From the sequence record SRR31156797_2197: a stretch of DNA of 20,000 bases. One strand, written 5' to 3'. Numbering within the stretch: the first letter of the stretch is position 1; the number at the start of each line of letters is the position of its first letter. Shown here piece by piece: positions 16,349 through 20,000 of the stretch. Under the pieces are notes generated by a model. It worked only from the letters and a program-made list of their open reading frames with translations. It was not told the origin of the DNA and did not search any database. The position numbers and the translations under genes are program-made.

Positions 16349-17983
16349 CTATTCAGCTTCCATATGAGGATAGCTAATTTCTATTGGCGGATTAAAATTT
16401 TCCTTTACAGTACGAGTATTTACCCATCTTACAAGGTTGAGATAGCTTCCTGCCTTGTCGTTTGTGCCTGAACCTCTACCACCACCAAAAGGCTGCTGAC
16501 CAACAACTGCGCCTGTAGGCTTGTCGTTAATGTAGAAGTTACCGGCTGAATCTTCTAAAAGCTCAAAAGCGAGGTTAACCGCTTCTCTGTCTCTTCCGAA
16601 GATAGCACCTGTAAGAGCATACTCATTACCTGAGTTGCACTCTTTAAGGAATTCTTCGTATTTTGCATCTTCGTAGAATGCCACTGTGAGGACAGGTCCG
16701 AAGATCTCTTCTTTAAATGTTTTGAATTCAAGGTTTTGTGTAGTGACGACAGTAGGCTCGATAAACCATCCTTTAGAGTCATCATACCCGCCGCCGATAA
16801 CCACCTCAGCATCTGACGCCTCTTTAGCGAAGTCGATATAGCCTGTGATATCTTTGAAAGCTTTCTTGGAAACGCAAGCTGTCATGAAGTTTGTGAAATC
16901 AAATGGTGAACCCATCTTGATAGTGGAAACTACTTCAGCCATGCGCTTGAGGTATTCATCTTTCATAGACATAGGGATATAAGCACGGGAAGCAGCGGAA
17001 CATTTCTGACCCTGATACTCAAAAGCACCACGTACAGAAGCAGTTACAAGCTCTTCCATATCTGCTGAATTGTGTGCGAAGATAAAATCTTTACCGCCTG
17101 TCTCACCAACGATTCTTGGGTATGACTTGTAATCCCATATGTTTTTACCGATTGTTTCCCAGATAGTTTTAAATGTGGAAGTACCGCCTGTGAAGTGGAT
17201 ACCGCCGAAGTCCGGGTTTGTGAAAGCTATGTTAGAGAGGTTAGATGACTTGCAAGGGATGAGGTTGATAACGCCATCAGGAAGTCCTGCCTCTTTGAGA
17301 ATTTTCATAATAAGGTATGGAACATAAACAGCATCAGTAGAAGGCTTCCATATGCATACGTTACCCATCATGGCTGGTGCAGTAGGGAGGTTACCTGCGA
17401 TAGCTGTGAAGTTGAAAGGTGTCACAGCGAGGATAAATCCCTCGAGTGGACGGTACTGAAGTGAATTCCAGATACCTTTTGAGTTGTGCATAGGCTGCTC
17501 AGCATAAATCTGCTGCATGAAGTACACGTTGAATCTGAGGAAATCAATGAGCTCGCAAGCTGAGTCGATTTCAGCCTGTACAGCAGTTTTACCAATTGAG
17601 AGCATTGTAGCAGCGTTCATCTGTGCACGGTATTTTGTGCTCATAAGTTCAGCCGCTTTAAGGAAGATTCCAGCTCTGTGGAACCAAGGCATTTTGCCCC
17701 AGGCTTTGCGTGCTTCCATAGAAGCCTCGATAGATTTCTGAATCTCTTCCGGTCCTGCCTGATGGTATTTACCAAGTTTTATGTCGTGGTCAAAAGGAGC
17801 TGTGATTTCAACTGTAGTACCAGTTTTGATCTCTTCTCCCCCAACGAGTACAGGGATCTCTATATACTGCTCAGACAGCTCTTTAAGAGCCGCTTTCAGT
17901 TCTGCTTTCTCTTTGCTGCCCTCTTTATATTCGAGAACAGGTTCGTTTGTTGGGAATGGAACCTTAAATGCGCTGTTGTTCAT
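16349..17983 (-). CDS. pruA: L-glutamate gamma-semialdehyde (P5C) dehydrogenase
   Basis: 544 aa ALDH with NEPVLEY, QAEIDSACELIDF, PFNFTAI, GETGGKDF, FEYQGQKCSA, EEIFGP, GNFYINDKPTGAVVGQQPFGG and SGTNDKAG. Confidence 0.97.
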   Translation of the reverse strand: MNNSAFKVPFPTNEPVLEYKEGSKEKAELKAALKELSEQYIEIPVLVGGEEIKTGTTVEITAPFDHDIKLGKYHQAGPEEIQKSIEASMEARKAWGKMPWFHRAGIFLKAAELMSTKYRAQMNAATMLSIGKTAVQAEIDSACELIDFLRFNVYFMQQIYAEQPMHNSKGIWNSLQYRPLEGFILAVTPFNFTAIAGNLPTAPAMMGNVCIWKPSTDAVYVPYLIMKILKEAGLPDGVINLIPCKSSNLSNIAFTNPDFGGIHFTGGTSTFKTIWETIGKNIWDYKSYPRIVGETGGKDFIFAHNSADMEELVTASVRGAFEYQGQKCSAASRAYIPMSMKDEYLKRMAEVVSTIKMGSPFDFTNFMTACVSKKAFKDITGYIDFAKEASDAEVVIGGGYDDSKGWFIEPTVVTTQNLEFKTFKEEIFGPVLTVAFYEDAKYEEFLKECNSGNEYALTGAIFGRDREAVNLAFELLEDSAGNFYINDKPTGAVVGQQPFGGGRGSGTNDKAGSYLNLVRWVNTRTVKENFNPPIEISYPHMEAE

Positions 17984-18014
17984 TATTGTCTCCTGAAAAT
18001 ATATATTGTATCTA

Positions 18015-18923
18015 TTATCTGCCGCCAGTCAGAAAGCCTTTGATAGCTGAACCGACAATGGCTGGGTTTTCCTTAAGTCTTCTAAGGCTGTATGGGAGCC
18101 AGTCTTCACCAAAAGGTGTGTAGATGCGGAGCTTGTGTCCGTCTGCGAGCAGTCTCTTTTTAAGTTCAGAGCGAACACCGAGGAGCATCTGAAATTCGTA
18201 CTCGTCCTTTCTGAGTCCGTGCTTTCTGATAAGCTCGTATGCGCCGTCGATAAGAACATCATCGTGTGTGGCGATGCCGACGTAAGCTTTGTTTTTAAAG
18301 AGCAGGTCGAGAGATTCTAAATAGTTTTCCTGAACTCTCTTTCTGTTGTGGTAGGCGACATCTTCCGGCTCACGGTAAATACCTTTACAGAGGCGGATGT
18401 CAGCTCTTTTTATGCTTTTGCAGATGTGTTCAACATCACTTACGTTGCGCTTCATATATGACTGTAGAACTGTACCGCATGAACCAGGCATAGCTTCGTT
18501 CAGCTTGAGGTAAAGGTCGATGGTATAGTCAGTATATGGGTGGTCTTCCATGTCGATGCGTACAAAAATTTTCTTTTCGTATGCGTATGTGATTAGGTCT
18601 GTGATATTTTCTGTGCAGAAGTCTCTGCTGAGGAGTGCGCCGAATGCTGTAGGCTTGATTGAGATATTTGTGTTCAGGTTTTGTGACTTAATGTTGTCTA
18701 AAACCAGCTTATACATCTCTACAGTAGCCTTAGCTTTTTCGGGATCCTCTGTGAATTCTCCGAGCAGGTCGATCGTTCCGACTGCGCCCTCGTCGTTCAG
18801 TGCTTTTGTGAGTCTGAAAGCATCTTCCGGCTGTCCGCCCGCTACATATCTCTTAGCGAATGCTCCTACCAGACTCTTTGGCATATAAGGCATCATGTTC
18901 GCAATTACTGTGTTTATTATCAT
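18015..18923 (-). CDS. putB: Monofunctional FAD-dependent proline dehydrogenase
   Basis: 302 aa with RYVAG, DLLGE, ISIKPT, RIDMED, VLQSY, RLCKGIY, IATHD, EFQMLLG and YTPFG.DWLPY.LRRL.E motifs. Confidence 0.95.
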   Translation of the reverse strand: MIINTVIANMMPYMPKSLVGAFAKRYVAGGQPEDAFRLTKALNDEGAVGTIDLLGEFTEDPEKAKATVEMYKLVLDNIKSQNLNTNISIKPTAFGALLSRDFCTENITDLITYAYEKKIFVRIDMEDHPYTDYTIDLYLKLNEAMPGSCGTVLQSYMKRNVSDVEHICKSIKRADIRLCKGIYREPEDVAYHNRKRVQENYLESLDLLFKNKAYVGIATHDDVLIDGAYELIRKHGLRKDEYEFQMLLGVRSELKKRLLADGHKLRIYTPFGEDWLPYSLRRLKENPAIVGSAIKGFLTGGR

Positions 18924-18948
18924 GATATCTTTACTCCGATATATATAA

Positions 18949-19497
18949 TTAAAAAGTCGGCGGTGTGTTTACCCAAAGTAGGGTAGTTTGACCGTCAAAT
19001 GTGTTTTTCCATCTGTGAGGGACGTTAGAGTTATAAACTGCGCTATCACCTTCGTTTAGGATCATAGAATTTCCGTCGAGGGTAATTTCAACCTGACCCA
19101 CCATGACGTAGACAAACTCTTCACCCAGGTGGATATTGTTTCCGTCACCGCTGTACGCTCCTTTTTCAAGAGTTTGAAATAGTGGCTCAAGGACAGAGTT
19201 TGCGCCTCTAGGTTTGAGTGACTCATATACTACTTTCGATGCTTTTGAGCCGATTTTGACTCTGTTGTCTTTTCTTACAACGATTTTGTCTGCATTGGCG
19301 TCATCTTCACCGAAGAATGATGTGATAGTAACACCGAGAGCGTCTGCGATTTTTTTAAGGGAGGCTACTGTAGGGGAGACGAGATCTCTCTCAAGTTGGG
19401 ATAAGAAGGAGATACTGCACCCGCTGGTTTTCGCGAGATCCCTGAGAGTCATGTTATGTTTCAATCTTAGTTCTTTAATGGTTTTGCCAAAGTCCAA
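18949..19497 (-). CDS. XRE-family HTH + cupin transcriptional regulator (PuuR-like)
   Basis: 182 aa, TTG start with a GGGGG RBS. HTH_3 domain (SISFLSQLERDLVSPTV) and cupin domain (HLGEEFVYV, GDS, PHRWKN). Confidence 0.93.
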   Translation of the reverse strand: MDFGKTIKELRLKHNMTLRDLAKTSGCSISFLSQLERDLVSPTVASLKKIADALGVTITSFFGEDDANADKIVVRKDNRVKIGSKASKVVYESLKPRGANSVLEPLFQTLEKGAYSGDGNNIHLGEEFVYVMVGQVEITLDGNSMILNEGDSAVYNSNVPHRWKNTFDGQTTLLWVNTPPTF

Positions 19498-19529
19498 GAT
19501 ATACCCCCGTTATAAATATCTATCATCTA

Positions 19530-19553
19530 TATTGTTCATTATAATGAACAATA
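19530..19553. promoter_or_regulatory. Perfect 24-bp palindrome, candidate operator
   Basis: TATTGTTCATTATAATGAACAATA equals its own reverse complement and covers the -10 box of the operon promoter. Confidence 0.8.
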
Positions 19554-19565
19554 AGGAGATGTCAA
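19538..19565 (-). promoter_or_regulatory. Consensus sigma70 promoter of the regulator-put-liv-hypD operon
   Basis: On the - strand, TTGACA (19565-19560), 16-nt spacer, TATAAT (19543-19538), 40 nt upstream of the regulator start codon. Confidence 0.85.
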
Positions 19566-19820
19566 ACGAATATGAGTTAAAAGTTAATTTAAGGCTGCTT
19601 ATTTTGGGGTAAATATTTATTAATATGAGATAAATTCTTTATATTTTTATTGCGTATACCGTAGGATTAACAAAGTTTATTTATTGTGTATTTACATAAT
19701 ATTGTTCTGTAAAGTGAAATTTGTGTAATATACATAACAAAAATGTTCGTTATGTTGCAAAATCTGAAACAAGATTTTGTTCTTGTTTTATTATTCATTT
19801 GCTGGTTCTTTGTTTTGTTT

Positions 19821-19945
19821 GTCATTCTGAGGAGTAAAGTGACGTGAGAGTTTTATCCCTCTGAGATCACTTGCAAGTTTATAGACTTGTTAGTGCGTAT
19901 GTAAGGATTAGATTGCCACGTCAGGAGTACCTTGCTCGCAATGAC
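19821..19945. repeat. ~125-bp imperfect palindromic element (REP/REPIN/MITE-like)
   Basis: Ends GTCATTctGAG / CTCgcAATGAC, inner TGACGTG (19840-19846) / CACGTCA (19917-19923), central hairpin CAAGT...ACTTG (19874-19889). Confidence 0.7.
19873..19914 (+). repeat. 42-bp repeat, copy 2
   Basis: GCAAGTTTATAGACTTGTTAGTGCGTATGTAAGGATTAGATT has 3 mismatches versus 8400-8441. Confidence 0.92.
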
Positions 19946-20000
19946 GGATATAGGGAAAGCAGGCGACAAACAGGAGCCGCAAAAAAGTGTGAGCACAAAA

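Noticed and set aside
16349-18923. Frameshifted or split bifunctional putA
   Set aside because: Both ORFs are full-length monofunctional types with their own RBS and a 31-nt spacer; this is not a pseudogene.
1074-19612. The many 60-141 aa alternative-frame and antisense ORFs in the track (e.g. 10451-10864, 12909-13334, 17678-18043, 19214-19612)
   Set aside because: All lie mostly or wholly within well-supported genes and show no recognisable motifs; they are shadow ORFs.
19559-19612. 17-codon + strand ORF MSNEYELKVNLRLLILG after AGGAG
   Set aside because: The AGGAG abuts the ATG with no spacing, and the sequence is explained by the - strand promoter.
8400-19914. CRISPR array or composite transposon interpretation of the 42-bp repeats
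   Set aside because: Only two copies 11.5 kb apart, with no spacers, cas genes, transposase or integrase in the window.

Overview
A 20-kb window from an anaerobic bacterium; gene order and content look Deferribacterota-like, but that is inference and unverified. The + strand half (1-8385) is housekeeping: probable era 3' end, mgtE, recO, then a tightly coupled run of fbp, nfo, an APH-like/P-loop fusion, an RNase Z-like protein, an esterase and proC. The - strand half (8564-19497) is one apparent 10-gene operon: XRE-cupin regulator, proline dehydrogenase, P5C dehydrogenase, a LIV-type ABC transporter (livKHMGF), a glycyl-radical activating enzyme and trans-4-hydroxy-L-proline dehydratase (HypD). 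This places the O2-sensitive HypD in an oxidative proline/P5C-to-glutamate pathway rather than the familiar Stickland-type reductive context. The operon has a consensus sigma70 promoter overlapped by a perfect 24-bp palindrome. It is bracketed by two copies of a 42-bp repeat (39/42 identical), the second lying inside a ~125-bp palindromic element. Two genes (the activase and the esterase) appear to start at ATA codons missed by the ORF track, and the activase lacks the usual ferredoxin-like insert. I saw no rRNA, tRNA, CRISPR array or transposase.
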